DNA from: an uncultured delta proteobacterium | GTDB taxonomy: Bacteria; Desulfobacterota; RBG-13-43-22 | Assembly (NCBI GenBank): GCA_963743305.1 | Contig: CAVUPH010000040.1 | Span: 1-53,016, forward strand | DNA length: 53,016 nucleotides | Direction of reading: 5' to 3' | In this document: in pieces, positions 38,683 through 48,172 of the stretch | How the letters are laid out: each line of letters begins with the position of its first letter | How positions within the stretch are numbered: the first letter of the stretch is position 1 | Program-made: the position numbers and the translations under genes | The notes under the pieces: generated by a model | Seen by the model: only the letters and a program-made list of their open reading frames with translations | The model's database searches: none | Told to the model about the DNA's origin: nothing

Positions 38683-39079
38683 AATTAATAAAAGTATAAT
38701 TTATTTAGATAGTTAAGTAAATTGGGTAAATCGGCCAACTTTGGGGAACCTCCTGGAAAGGTCTTTTTAAATCAGGAGAGTTGGTTACGGTTTTGAGTCA
38801 AACCATCAGACAGATTTTGTGATGGAAAGAATGAAATCTTTGATATGGTTCTATCCCTTACAAATCGATATTTTGGGAGGGCTTTTTTGAAGAAACATGG
38901 GGCCTAATTTCAAGGATTTTCGACCGTCCCAGATAGGGAATACATCTGGAAAAGAGATACACCGACACAGAAGGGGGGTGAGAGGGTCGGTCTGACCGAC
39001 GGGGCGATTTATTACAAAAAACACAAAAGATCCAAATCGCTTTTTGGAACATAAATCAACAGATTATGAGGAGAAAACT

Positions 39080-39541
39080 ATGCCAAGTTTTGTAATTACC
39101 GAAAAATGTGATGGCTGTAAAGGGCAAGATAAAACCGCCTGTATGTATATCTGCCCCGTTGACCTGATGTTCCTGGACAAGGACGGCTCTTTGGGTTACG
39201 GCGAGATGAAGGGTTTCAACCGCGACCCCTCCCTTTGCTGGGAATGCTACAACTGCGTGAAGATTTGCCCCCAGCAGGCCATTGACGTCCGCGGTTATGC
39301 CGACTTCGTTCCCATGGGCGCCAGTGTGGTCCCTCTCCGCGGTTCCGAAGACATTATGTGGACCGTAAAGTTCCGGAATGGCACGGTCAAGCGCTTCAAG
39401 TTCCCCATCCGGACTACGGCTGAAGGCACCGCGGTGCCCAATGGCGGATTTGATGAAGGTACCGGCGATCTGAAGAGTCCCTACCTGTTCACCGAGCCCG
39501 CTTCCTTAAAAATGGCCACTTTACCTACACCCAAAAAGTAA
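39080..39541 (+). CDS. aprB: Adenylylsulfate reductase beta subunit
   Basis: MPSFV...KCDGCK..DKTACMYICP, CWECYNCVKICPQ.AI.VRGYADF, WTVKFRNG..KRFKFPIRTT. Confidence 0.97.
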   Translation: MPSFVITEKCDGCKGQDKTACMYICPVDLMFLDKDGSLGYGEMKGFNRDPSLCWECYNCVKICPQQAIDVRGYADFVPMGASVVPLRGSEDIMWTVKFRNGTVKRFKFPIRTTAEGTAVPNGGFDEGTGDLKSPYLFTEPASLKMATLPTPKK

Positions 39542-39559
39542 CGAAGGAGGGAAACGATT

Positions 39560-41440
39560 ATGGCAGATTATCCGACCGTAGAAGTAACCACCGATCTTTT
39601 GATTCTCGGTGGTGGGATGGCCTCCACAGGCTGCTGCGTGGAAGCCGCCTATTGGGCCAAGAAAAACGGCGTCAAAGTGACGGCGGTGGACAAGGCCGCC
39701 TTTACCCGTTCCGGGGCCGTGGCCATGGGCCTTTCGGCCATCAACCAATATATCGGCGTTAATGAAGGCCAGAATACCTGTGAAGATTACGTGCATTACG
39801 TTCGCCAGGACCTGATGGGCATCTCCCGTGAGGACCAGGTTTTTAATATCGCCCGCCACGTGGACTCCTCGGTCCATTTGTTTGAAAAATGGGGCCTCCC
39901 CATTTGGCTGGACGAAAACGGCCGCTATGTCCACGAAGGCCGGTGGCAGCTTATGATCAACGGTGAATCCTACAAGGTGATCGTGGCCGAGGCCGCTAAA
40001 AACGCCATGGACGCCGGTGGTTTTGAGATCTACGAACGCGTCTTCATCGTGGCCCCCATTCTGGACGGCGACCGGATTGCCGGCGCGGTCGGTTTCGGGA
40101 CCCGCGACGAGAAGTTTTATGTCTTCAAGGCCAAGGCCGTGATCTGTGCCCTGGGCGGCGCCGTGCACGTCTTCCGTCCCCGGTCCACCGGTGAAGGTCA
40201 AGGCCGTTCCTGGTATCCGCCGTTCAACTCCGGATCCAGCGCTTTCTTTACCCTGAAGGCCGGCGCCGAGATGACCTGCCAGGAAGTGCGCTTCATCCCG
40301 GTGCGGTTCAAGGATGCTTACGGACCGGTCGGCGCTTGGTTCCTGCTCTTCAAATCGCGGGCCACCAGCGCCACGGGCGGCGAGTACATGGTCGTCCGCA
40401 AAGAAGAATTGAACAACTGGGCCCCTTATGGATTAGCCAAACCGATCCCGGCCAACCTGCGGAACTACCTGGGCATGTTGGACGTGGAAGCCGGCTTAGG
40501 GCCTCTCTATATGGAAACCGCCGAGGCGATTCAGAATATCGCCGCCCAGTACAAGGACGACCAGAAGGCCTTCAAGAAAAAGATGAAGGAACTGGAATCC
40601 GAGGCCTGGGAAGACTTCCTGGATATGACCATTTCCCAAGCCATCCTCTGGGCGGCCAGCAACATCATGCCTGAAGCCAGTCGTTCCGAGATCTCGGCTT
40701 GCGAGCCTTACTTCATCGGCTCCCATTCCGGCGCTTCCGGGGCCTGGGTCAGCGGTCCGGAAGACCTGGATACCCCTTACAAGTGGGGTTACGGCAATAT
40801 GTGCACCGTGAAAGGCTTGTTTGCCTGCGGCGACGCCTCTGGCGCCTCCAGCCACAAGTTCTCCTCCGGTTCCCATGCCGAGGGTCGTTTTACCGCCAAG
40901 GAAGCCGTCCGCTACTGTGTCGAGAACACCGCCCTGCCCAATGTGGACGCCGCGGCCCTCGAGGCACTGAAGAAAGAGATCCTGCTGCCGCTGGACACCT
41001 ATGCCGAGAATTGCAAGATGACCACGGCCCCCGAGATCAATCCCAACTACATCAAACCCATGTCCTATATGCATCGTCTCCAGAAGATGATGGATGAATA
41101 TGCCGGCGGCTGGGGTTCGGGATTTAAGACCAGCAAATCGCTGATCGAAAGAGGTCTGGAGCTCATGGTCATGTTGAAGGAAGACGCGGCCAAATTGGGT
41201 GCCAAGAACGTCTACGATCTCGAGCGTTGCTGGGAGAACATCCAACGGACCTGGCAGGCCGAGGCCCATATGCGGACCATCCTCTTCCGGGAAGAGACCC
41301 GCTGGCCGGGATACTATTTCCGGGCCGACAAGCCGAAGATGGATGAGACCAATTGGCACGCTTTCGCCAACTGCAAGTGGGATCCCAAAACGGGCGAATG
41401 GGAAATGATCAAGCGGGACGTTGTTCCTTTGATTCCCTAA
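39560..41440 (+). CDS. aprA: Adenylylsulfate reductase alpha subunit
   Basis: RSGAVAMGLSAIN, WQLMINGESYK, RFKDAYGPVGAWFL, WEDFLDMT, HKFSSGSHAEG, REETRWPGYY. Confidence 0.97.
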   Translation: MADYPTVEVTTDLLILGGGMASTGCCVEAAYWAKKNGVKVTAVDKAAFTRSGAVAMGLSAINQYIGVNEGQNTCEDYVHYVRQDLMGISREDQVFNIARHVDSSVHLFEKWGLPIWLDENGRYVHEGRWQLMINGESYKVIVAEAAKNAMDAGGFEIYERVFIVAPILDGDRIAGAVGFGTRDEKFYVFKAKAVICALGGAVHVFRPRSTGEGQGRSWYPPFNSGSSAFFTLKAGAEMTCQEVRFIPVRFKDAYGPVGAWFLLFKSRATSATGGEYMVVRKEELNNWAPYGLAKPIPANLRNYLGMLDVEAGLGPLYMETAEAIQNIAAQYKDDQKAFKKKMKELESEAWEDFLDMTISQAILWAASNIMPEASRSEISACEPYFIGSHSGASGAWVSGPEDLDTPYKWGYGNMCTVKGLFACGDASGASSHKFSSGSHAEGRFTAKEAVRYCVENTALPNVDAAALEALKKEILLPLDTYAENCKMTTAPEINPNYIKPMSYMHRLQKMMDEYAGGWGSGFKTSKSLIERGLELMVMLKEDAAKLGAKNVYDLERCWENIQRTWQAEAHMRTILFREETRWPGYYFRADKPKMDETNWHAFANCKWDPKTGEWEMIKRDVVPLIP

Positions 41441-41457
41441 CCTAGAATAACTTATTC

Positions 41458-41490
41458 CTCCAGGCGCCTCCGGGCGCCTGGAGTTTTTTT
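41458..41490 (+). terminator. Intrinsic terminator after aprA
   Basis: CTCCAGGCGCC-TCCG-GGCGCCTGGAG-TTTTTTT. Confidence 0.9.
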
Positions 41491-41759
41491 AAGCTCAAAC
41501 GATGTTGATCAAAAGGCAGGAGGACGCTCCCTTTGGCTGCCTTTTGATGAGCAACTTTTGCTTCTCTCCCACTGTCTGCGGAAACATCCTGAAAAACCCT
41601 ATCAACCAACCTGGAGGCTTTGTTAGCCGGGCAAAAACCGAAAACAATACCGTTGAAGGCGATTTTAACCATTTTTTTGTTGTCTAAACGGTTTTTTTTG
41701 TATAGAAGGAAAACGTTCCAAGGAGAATAAATCAGAAAAAATATTTCTGGAGGAGAATA

Positions 41760-43013
41760 ATGGGCGACAAAAAGAGTATTTTAGTGGTCGGCGGCGGCAT
41801 GAGCGGACTGACCGCGGCGATCGAAGCCGCGGAAGTCGGCTATGAGGTCGTCATCGTTGAGAAAAACGCGTATTTGGGTGGGCGGGTAGCCCAGTTGTAT
41901 CAGTATTTCCCCAAGCTTTGTCCTCCCAGTTGCGGGCTGGAAATCAACTTCAAACGAACCAAAAACAACCCCCGGGTGACGATCTACACCCTGGCCGAAG
42001 TGGAAAAGATTGCCGGTCAGGAGGGGAATTACCAGGTAACCATTAAGATCAAACCGCGCTTTGTCAATGATAAATGCACCGGCTGCAACAAATGCGCCGA
42101 GGTCTGTCCGGTGGAACGGCCCAACGACTTCAATTACGGATTGGACAAAAACAAGGCCGCCTATTTGCCTCATGACATGGCCTTCCCGATGAAATATGTG
42201 ATTGACGGATCGGTCTGTCTGGGAAGCAGGTGCGCCAAGTGCGTGGAGGTCTGCGCCTATCAGGCTATCGATCTCGATATGCCTCCAGAGAAAAAGACCC
42301 TGGAGATCGGGGCGATCATCTGGGCTGCGGGCTGGAACCCTTACGATGCCGCCAAGTTGGAAAATTATGGCTTTGGTCTCTATCCCAACGTGATCAGCAA
42401 CGTGATGATGGAAAGACTCTGCGCCGAACGGGGACCGACCCAAGGCAAAATCCTGCGCCCTTCGGACCAGAAAGAGGCCGAGAAGATCGCCTTTATCCAG
42501 TGCGCCGGATCCCGGGATGAAAACCATTTGGCCTATTGCTCGGGGATTTGTTGCCTGGCCTCTTTGAAGCAGGCCACCTATGTGCGGGAGAAAAACCCCA
42601 ACGCCCAGGCGTTCATTTACTTTATCGATATTCGGGCCCAGGGTAAACTGGAAGATTTCTACGTCAAGGTCAAACAGGACGAGAAGCTGTCCCTGGTGAA
42701 GTCCAAGATCGCCCTGATCACCGAGGATCCGGCCACCCATAATCTAATCCTGGAAGGGGAAGACACGATGTCGGGGGAGCGGGTCCGCGAGACGGTGGAT
42801 CTGGTGGTCCTGGCCACCGGCATGGAACCGGCCACGGCCTCCGTGAAGGTACCCGCGGAAGTCACCTATGACGACTACGGGTTTATCGTCGCCGACCAGG
42901 AGCAAAAGGGCATTTACGGGGCCGGATGCATCAAGCGGCCTTCGGACGTGGCGGGTGTTGTTCAGGATGCTGCCGGGGCGGCGCTCCGGGCTATTCAATC
43001 GGTAAGGAGGTAG
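41760..43013 (+). CDS. qmoA: QmoA (HdrA-like flavoprotein)
   Basis: VVGGGMSG, YLGGRVAQL.QYFPKLCPP.CGLEIN, FIQCAGSRDENHL.YCS.ICC.ASLKQ; follows aprA. Confidence 0.93.
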   Translation: MGDKKSILVVGGGMSGLTAAIEAAEVGYEVVIVEKNAYLGGRVAQLYQYFPKLCPPSCGLEINFKRTKNNPRVTIYTLAEVEKIAGQEGNYQVTIKIKPRFVNDKCTGCNKCAEVCPVERPNDFNYGLDKNKAAYLPHDMAFPMKYVIDGSVCLGSRCAKCVEVCAYQAIDLDMPPEKKTLEIGAIIWAAGWNPYDAAKLENYGFGLYPNVISNVMMERLCAERGPTQGKILRPSDQKEAEKIAFIQCAGSRDENHLAYCSGICCLASLKQATYVREKNPNAQAFIYFIDIRAQGKLEDFYVKVKQDEKLSLVKSKIALITEDPATHNLILEGEDTMSGERVRETVDLVVLATGMEPATASVKVPAEVTYDDYGFIVADQEQKGIYGAGCIKRPSDVAGVVQDAAGAALRAIQSVRR

Positions 43014-43019
43014 ACGCGC

Positions 43020-45152
43020 ATGGATAAAAAACTCGGTGTATATATTTGTGCCGGATGCGGGATCGGCGAATCCCTGGATATAGAGGCCCTGAAAAAGGTG
43101 GCCACAAAGGAATTCAAAGCCCCGATCTGCAAAAGCCACCCCTGGCTTTGCGGATCCGAAGGCCTGGAATTGATTAAGGCCGATATGACCAATGAAGGGG
43201 TTAATACCCTGAGCCTGGTGGCTTGTTCTCCCCGGGTGAAAACGAACGAATTTGATTTCGGCCCGGTACTGTTGGATCGGGTCAACGTCCGGGAACAGGT
43301 GGCCTGGGTGCTTCCGGCCGGGGACGAAGACACGCAGATGATGGCCGAAGACCAATTGCGCCTCGGGCTGATCAAACTCCAGAAGTCTACCCCTCCGGAG
43401 CCCTTCCAGGCGGAAAACCTTAGTAAAACGGTTCTGGTGGTCGGCGGGGGATTTACGGGGATGAACGCGGCCCTGGGGGCCGCCCAGGCCGGCTACCCGG
43501 TGTTTCTGGTGGAACGGGAACCTGTCCTGGGTGGGTTTATGAATAAGATGAACAAGCGCATTCGTCCGCCCTATAAAGAACTGAAACCGGTGGACCTGGA
43601 AAACCAGATCAAGGCCATCGAGGCTGAGCCCAACATCAAAGTTTTTACCTCGGCCCAGGTGGAGAAGCTTTCCGGCGGACCGGGGGTCTTCGATGTCACC
43701 ATTTCCCAGAACGGATCCTCGGTGACCGAACGGGCCGGTGCCGTCGTTATGGCTACCGGCTGGAAGCCCTATGACGCCAACAAACTGGAGCATCTGGGCT
43801 ACGGAAAATTCCCGGACGTGATCACCAACGTCCAGATGGAAGAGATGGCCAAGAGCGGCAAGATCGTCCGTCCTTCGGACGGAAAAGCGGTTAAAAACGT
43901 CCTCTTTGTGCAGTGCGCGGGTTCCCGCGATGAAAATCATCTCCCCTACTGTTCTTCGGTCTGCTGTCTGGTTTCCCTGAAGCAGGCCACCTATGTCCAA
44001 GAGCAGGATCCGGAAGCCTCCGTCTTTATCCTCTATAAAGATATCCGCACCCCGCATCAGAGCGAAGATTATTACCGGAAGGTGCAGCGGGACGGGGGCA
44101 TTTTTATCCGGGGCGAACTGCTGGGGCTTTCGGCCGGGGGAGCGGGACTGACCGCCGAAGCCAATGATGTTTTGTTGAATGAGCAGATCCTGCTGGAGGA
44201 TCTGGACCTGGTGGTCCTGGCCGTCGGCATGGTGCCCTCCACCCTGGATGAGGTGGCCCTTAATCTGGACTATCGCCAGGGACCCCAATTGCCGCTGAAC
44301 AAGTACGGGTTTCCGGATTCCAATTTTATCTGTTTCCCCTATGAAACCCAACGGACCGGCATTTATGCCGCCGGCTGTGTCCGGGCGCCCATGGAAACGG
44401 CCCTGGCCGGGGAAGACGCCACCGGGGCGGCCCTTAAGGGTATTCAGGCCATTGAAGCCACGGCCGTGGGGGTCGCCACCTTCCCGCGGTCCGGCGATAT
44501 GACCTATCCGGAATTCTTCATGTCCCGTTGCACCCAATGCAAGCGCTGCACCGAAGAATGTCCTTTCGGGGCCATCAATGAAGATGAGAAAGCCAATCCC
44601 ATTCCCTTTACTACCCGCTGCCGCCGTTGCGGCACCTGTATGGGGGCTTGTCCGGAGCGCATCATTTCCTTCAAAAATTACTCCGTCGACATGATCGGTT
44701 CCATGATCAAGGGGATCGAGGTCCCGGACGCGGATGATGAAAAACCCCGGGTAATCGCCCTGATCTGCGAGAACGATGCCTATCCGGCCCTGGATATGGC
44801 CGGCATCAACCGGATTCCGATCGACCCCTTCTTCCGATTTATTCCGGTGCGCTGCCTGGGTTCGATCAACCTGGTCTGGATCGCCGACGCTCTGGCCAAA
44901 GGTATTGACGGGGTAATCCTCCTGGGCTGCCGCAAAGGGGACGATTACCAGTGCCACTTCATCAAGGGCAGCGAGTTGGCCAATACCCGGATGGAGAAAA
45001 TTTCGGAGACCCTGGGGCGCCTGGCCCTGGAACCGGACCGGGTCGCGGTGGAAGAGATCGCCATCACCGATTACGAACGGCTGCCTCAGATCCTGAAGGC
45101 CTTTATGGACCGGATCAAGGAGATGGAACCGAATCCCTATAAGGGATTCTAA
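43020..45152 (+). CDS. qmoB: QmoB (HdrA-like, with a C-terminal MvhD domain)
   Basis: GVYIC.GCGIG, ACSPRV, FAD motif, CTQCKRCTEECPFGA, CENDAYPALD...RCLGS...GC..GDDYQCHF. Confidence 0.93.
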   Translation: MDKKLGVYICAGCGIGESLDIEALKKVATKEFKAPICKSHPWLCGSEGLELIKADMTNEGVNTLSLVACSPRVKTNEFDFGPVLLDRVNVREQVAWVLPAGDEDTQMMAEDQLRLGLIKLQKSTPPEPFQAENLSKTVLVVGGGFTGMNAALGAAQAGYPVFLVEREPVLGGFMNKMNKRIRPPYKELKPVDLENQIKAIEAEPNIKVFTSAQVEKLSGGPGVFDVTISQNGSSVTERAGAVVMATGWKPYDANKLEHLGYGKFPDVITNVQMEEMAKSGKIVRPSDGKAVKNVLFVQCAGSRDENHLPYCSSVCCLVSLKQATYVQEQDPEASVFILYKDIRTPHQSEDYYRKVQRDGGIFIRGELLGLSAGGAGLTAEANDVLLNEQILLEDLDLVVLAVGMVPSTLDEVALNLDYRQGPQLPLNKYGFPDSNFICFPYETQRTGIYAAGCVRAPMETALAGEDATGAALKGIQAIEATAVGVATFPRSGDMTYPEFFMSRCTQCKRCTEECPFGAINEDEKANPIPFTTRCRRCGTCMGACPERIISFKNYSVDMIGSMIKGIEVPDADDEKPRVIALICENDAYPALDMAGINRIPIDPFFRFIPVRCLGSINLVWIADALAKGIDGVILLGCRKGDDYQCHFIKGSELANTRMEKISETLGRLALEPDRVAVEEIAITDYERLPQILKAFMDRIKEMEPNPYKGF

Positions 45153-45159
45153 AGGGTCA

Positions 45160-45240
45160 AGAATACCGGAGTCAGGAGTCAGCCTTCAGAAGAGGAAATA
45201 TTCGTCCTTGGCCGTTCTGGATGCTGTCTTCTGAACGCTG
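45160..45240. repeat. Inverted pair of degenerate 7-mer tandem arrays in the qmoB-hdrC spacer
   Basis: AGAATAC-CGGAGTC-AGGAGTC-AGCCTTC-AGAA ... TTCT-GGATGCT-GTCTTCT-GAACGCT. Confidence 0.5.
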
Positions 45241-45263
45241 AAACCTTTAAGCAGAAGGGAAGG

Positions 45264-45896
45264 ATGACGCCTATGGAACAGGTAGTGGGACCTAAATACG
45301 ACTCCCAGGGAAATCCCCGGCAGGCCTATGACCAATCCTTCGCCCGGGAAGTGTACCAGAAGGTGGATTCGGGAGCAGAGATCAAGATGTGCATGCAGTG
45401 CGGGGTCTGTGCCGCCTCCTGCCCTCTGAAGGACAAGATGGATTTGTCCCCCCGAAAAATATTCACCCTGATCCGGGCCGGACAGCGGGACAAGGTCCTG
45501 GGCAGCCAGGCCATCATGCTCTGCACCTCCTGCTACAGTTGCAAGGTGCGCTGTCCCCGGAAGGTGCCGGTGGTGGATGTCATGCACGGGCTGGCCCATT
45601 ACGCCCTGCGCCACGGCTACACCCCCCGGAAGGAGTCGGCCCTTTTCGGCGATAAGTTCTGGGGCAATATTTACCGGCTGGGCCGGATCGACGAGAAGGA
45701 CGTGGCCAACCGCTATTTCTTCGGCCACGGCCTCGGCGCGGGGATCAAGATGGCTTTGGACAACAAGGACATGGGCCTGGGCATGCTGCTAAAAAGACGG
45801 ATGAAGCTCCTGCCCGAGCGGCCGATCAAAAATATCAAGGCGTTGAAGAAGATGCTCGATAAGGCCAAGGCCATGGGGAAAGGAGGGGCGGCATAA
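45264..45896 (+). CDS. hdrC: Heterodisulfide reductase subunit C-like 4Fe-4S dicluster protein
   Basis: CMQCGVCAASCP...SPRKI...CTSCYSCKVRCPR; soluble, no cytochrome b TM domain. Confidence 0.88.
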   Translation: MTPMEQVVGPKYDSQGNPRQAYDQSFAREVYQKVDSGAEIKMCMQCGVCAASCPLKDKMDLSPRKIFTLIRAGQRDKVLGSQAIMLCTSCYSCKVRCPRKVPVVDVMHGLAHYALRHGYTPRKESALFGDKFWGNIYRLGRIDEKDVANRYFFGHGLGAGIKMALDNKDMGLGMLLKRRMKLLPERPIKNIKALKKMLDKAKAMGKGGAA

Positions 45897-46768
45897 TGGC
45901 GGATTATTTTCTCTACTCCGGTTGTTCCTTGGAGGCCAGCGGGGTGCATTACCTGATTTCCCTGGAGGCCGTGGCGAAACCCCTGGGGATCAATTTGAAG
46001 GAGATCCCGGACTGGAACTGCTGCGGCGCCAGCATCTCCTATGTGGGAGGCAACGAACTTTCGGTGGAAGTCCTGGCCGCCCGCAACCTGGCCATTGCCG
46101 AGGCCAACGGGGGCCAGGATATCGTCGCCCCCTGCAGTTCCTGTTACATCGTCCTGAACAAGGTCAATCATAAGCTCCAGGAGAAGCCGGCCCTGTTGGC
46201 TCAGGTCAACGAGGTCCTGGCCGAGGGGGGCTTGAAATACAGCGGCCGGATCAAAGTCCGGCACCTGCTGGACGTCCTCTTTAATGACGCCGGACCGGAA
46301 AAGATCAGGTCCCTGGTCAAGAAACCCTTAACCGGCGTCAAGGTCGGCGGGTACGTGGGCTGCCAGACCGTTCGCCCTTTCGGGGAATACGACAGCGTGG
46401 AACAGCCCACCGTCCAGGATCAGCTCATCCAGGCCCTGGGCGCCGAGGCCGTGCATTTTCCGAAGAAGATCCGCTGCTGCGGTTCCGGGTTGTTTCTGAC
46501 CGAACTGGAATCCTGCTATGAACTGGCCCGGGATATTTTGAAGGACGCCATCGACCACGGCGCCCAGATCATTTCCACGGCCTGCCCCATGTGCCAGATG
46601 AACCTGGAGGCCTACCAGAAGAAGATCAACAAGGCCCTGGGCACCAACTTCAATATCCCGGTGGTCTTCATCACCCAGCTCATGGCCGTGGCCTTCGGCC
46701 TGGGCAGCAAAGCGGCCGCCCTCGACCGCCTGTTGATTTCGGCCGGTTCGGTACTCAAAGCCGCCTGA
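45896..46768 (+). CDS. hdrB: Heterodisulfide reductase subunit B (two CCG domains)
   Basis: YSGCSL, DWNCCGA, APCSSC, YVGCQ..RP, RCCGS, TACPMCQMNL. Confidence 0.92.
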   Translation: MADYFLYSGCSLEASGVHYLISLEAVAKPLGINLKEIPDWNCCGASISYVGGNELSVEVLAARNLAIAEANGGQDIVAPCSSCYIVLNKVNHKLQEKPALLAQVNEVLAEGGLKYSGRIKVRHLLDVLFNDAGPEKIRSLVKKPLTGVKVGGYVGCQTVRPFGEYDSVEQPTVQDQLIQALGAEAVHFPKKIRCCGSGLFLTELESCYELARDILKDAIDHGAQIISTACPMCQMNLEAYQKKINKALGTNFNIPVVFITQLMAVAFGLGSKAAALDRLLISAGSVLKAA

Positions 46769-46799
46769 GATCCACTGAGAAAATAATCGGGGTTTAACT

Positions 46800-46833
46800 A
46801 AAAGCCCTTCCGGAATACCGGGAGGGCTTTTTT
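46800..46833 (+). terminator. Intrinsic terminator after hdrB
   Basis: AAAAGCCCTTCCGG-AATA-CCGGGAGGGCTTTTTT. Confidence 0.88.
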
Positions 46834-46850
46834 ATTAACAGGCTCATACT

Positions 46851-47008
46851 TGACGATTTCGCAAAATGTCCCCAGCGCTGTCATTGCGAGGAGGAAAGCG
46901 ACGAAGCAATCCCCAAGAATCAGCTAGTTACCATGGTGGGGATTAGCTTCCCCCGGATCAAGTCCGGGGTCGCCATGACAGGGTTTTGGATTTTTTGCGA
47001 GGTCATCA
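46851..47008. mobile_element. MITE / REP-composite element with a TACT target duplication
   Basis: Imperfect terminal repeats TGACGATTTCGCAAAA / TTTTGCGAGGTCATCA; TACT on both sides (46847-50, 47009-12); internal GTCATTGCGAGG...GAAGCAATC and CCCCGGATCAAGTCCGGGG palindromic units. Confidence 0.65.
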
Positions 47009-47371
47009 TACTTAAAGCAACTTTTTTAACTGTCCACTGAGAAAGTTAAAATATGATTTACTATTGGACGTCCAAAGGTAAAATACAGTTCCCCCCCAGG
47101 AGCTTTGGCGGGGAGAAAACCAACCGGGGCCCGCATTTTTTCTCTGCGCTTTGCGTCAGGCGCTTAGCATTTTCATTCTGGTCATTGACAGGAGGCAGTT
47201 CTATTTCGCCTATCACGGCCACGAAAAACTCCAACTACTGGTTGGAGAAATCAGTTGGGCCAAGCACCTGGTTATTCCCGGCAAATGCAAGGACCCCCTC
47301 GAACGAGAGTTTTAATATTCTATTTCATCTAATTGGCTTGACAAACCACTTATATGAAATACAATGCAAAC

Positions 47372-48172
47372 ATGAAATCAGGGTTGGGAAAACAGGAAAC
47401 TCAGTTCCTGGCCTATCTCCAGATGCGTAAAAGGCAAACCGTAAAGACCGGGGAGCTAACCGGACCTTTGCATTTTTCCCCCGACCAGGAACGCGAGGTG
47501 TTTCGAAGAATGTCCCGGGGAGGGTTGATTGCCCGAGTTCGCCCCGGTTTGTATCTCGTTCCGGCTCGACTGCCGTTGGGCGGATCGTGGAGCCCGGATG
47601 AAACACTCGCTCTTAATACGCTGATGGATGACCGCCAAGGTCGTTACCAGATCTGCGGCCCCAATGCCTTCAACCGCTACGGATTCGATACCCAGGTGCC
47701 AAACCGGGTCTACGTCTACAACAATCGGATTTCGGGTGAAAGGACCATTGGCGCTGTGACCTTGACGCTGATTAAGGTCGCCGATGGCCGGCTCGGTGGG
47801 GCGGAGGAAGGGCAGACGGCAGAGGGCCTGATCGCTCGGTATTCGTCCAGAGTAAGGACCCTGGTGGATGCGGTTTATGACTGGTCCCGCTTCAACAGTC
47901 TGCCGCAGGCTTACGAGTGGGTAAGGAGCGAACTGTCGGCAGGACGGGTGAAGGTTCCGGAACTGTTGGAAACTACATTGCGGTACGGGGATAAAGGAAC
48001 CATCCGCCGGATGGGACTGCTGTTGGAGCGGGAAGGAGTCAACCAGGCGGCACTGCAAAAACTGGAACGCGCGTTGCCCCCTTCAAAAGGATTTATTCCG
48101 TGGATACCGGGATGGCCGAAGCGGGGAACTATAAATCGACGCTGGGGTATAGTGGATAATGAGCAGGGATGA
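47372..48172 (+). CDS. Type IV TA antitoxin, AbiEi family
   Basis: Winged HTH (RM.R.GLIARVR.GLYL), AFNRYGF..Q.PN..YV, RTLVDA, .RW.I..N; overlaps AbiEii; start 47372 favoured by promoter position. Confidence 0.85.
   Translation: MKSGLGKQETQFLAYLQMRKRQTVKTGELTGPLHFSPDQEREVFRRMSRGGLIARVRPGLYLVPARLPLGGSWSPDETLALNTLMDDRQGRYQICGPNAFNRYGFDTQVPNRVYVYNNRISGERTIGAVTLTLIKVADGRLGGAEEGQTAEGLIARYSSRVRTLVDAVYDWSRFNSLPQAYEWVRSELSAGRVKVPELLETTLRYGDKGTIRRMGLLLEREGVNQAALQKLERALPPSKGFIPWIPGWPKRGTINRRWGIVDNEQG

Noticed and set aside
38423-39052. Short ORFs in the sat-aprB spacer
   Set aside because: No RBS or motifs; they overlap promoter-like AT-rich sequence
42744-44957. 737-aa minus-strand ORF (and similar shadows over sat, qmoA, mop, fdhF, res)
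   Set aside because: Antisense to well-supported genes; expected from codon bias
45264-45896. Calling this gene qmoC
   Set aside because: Only 210 aa, with no TM helices or heme b domain; followed by hdrB
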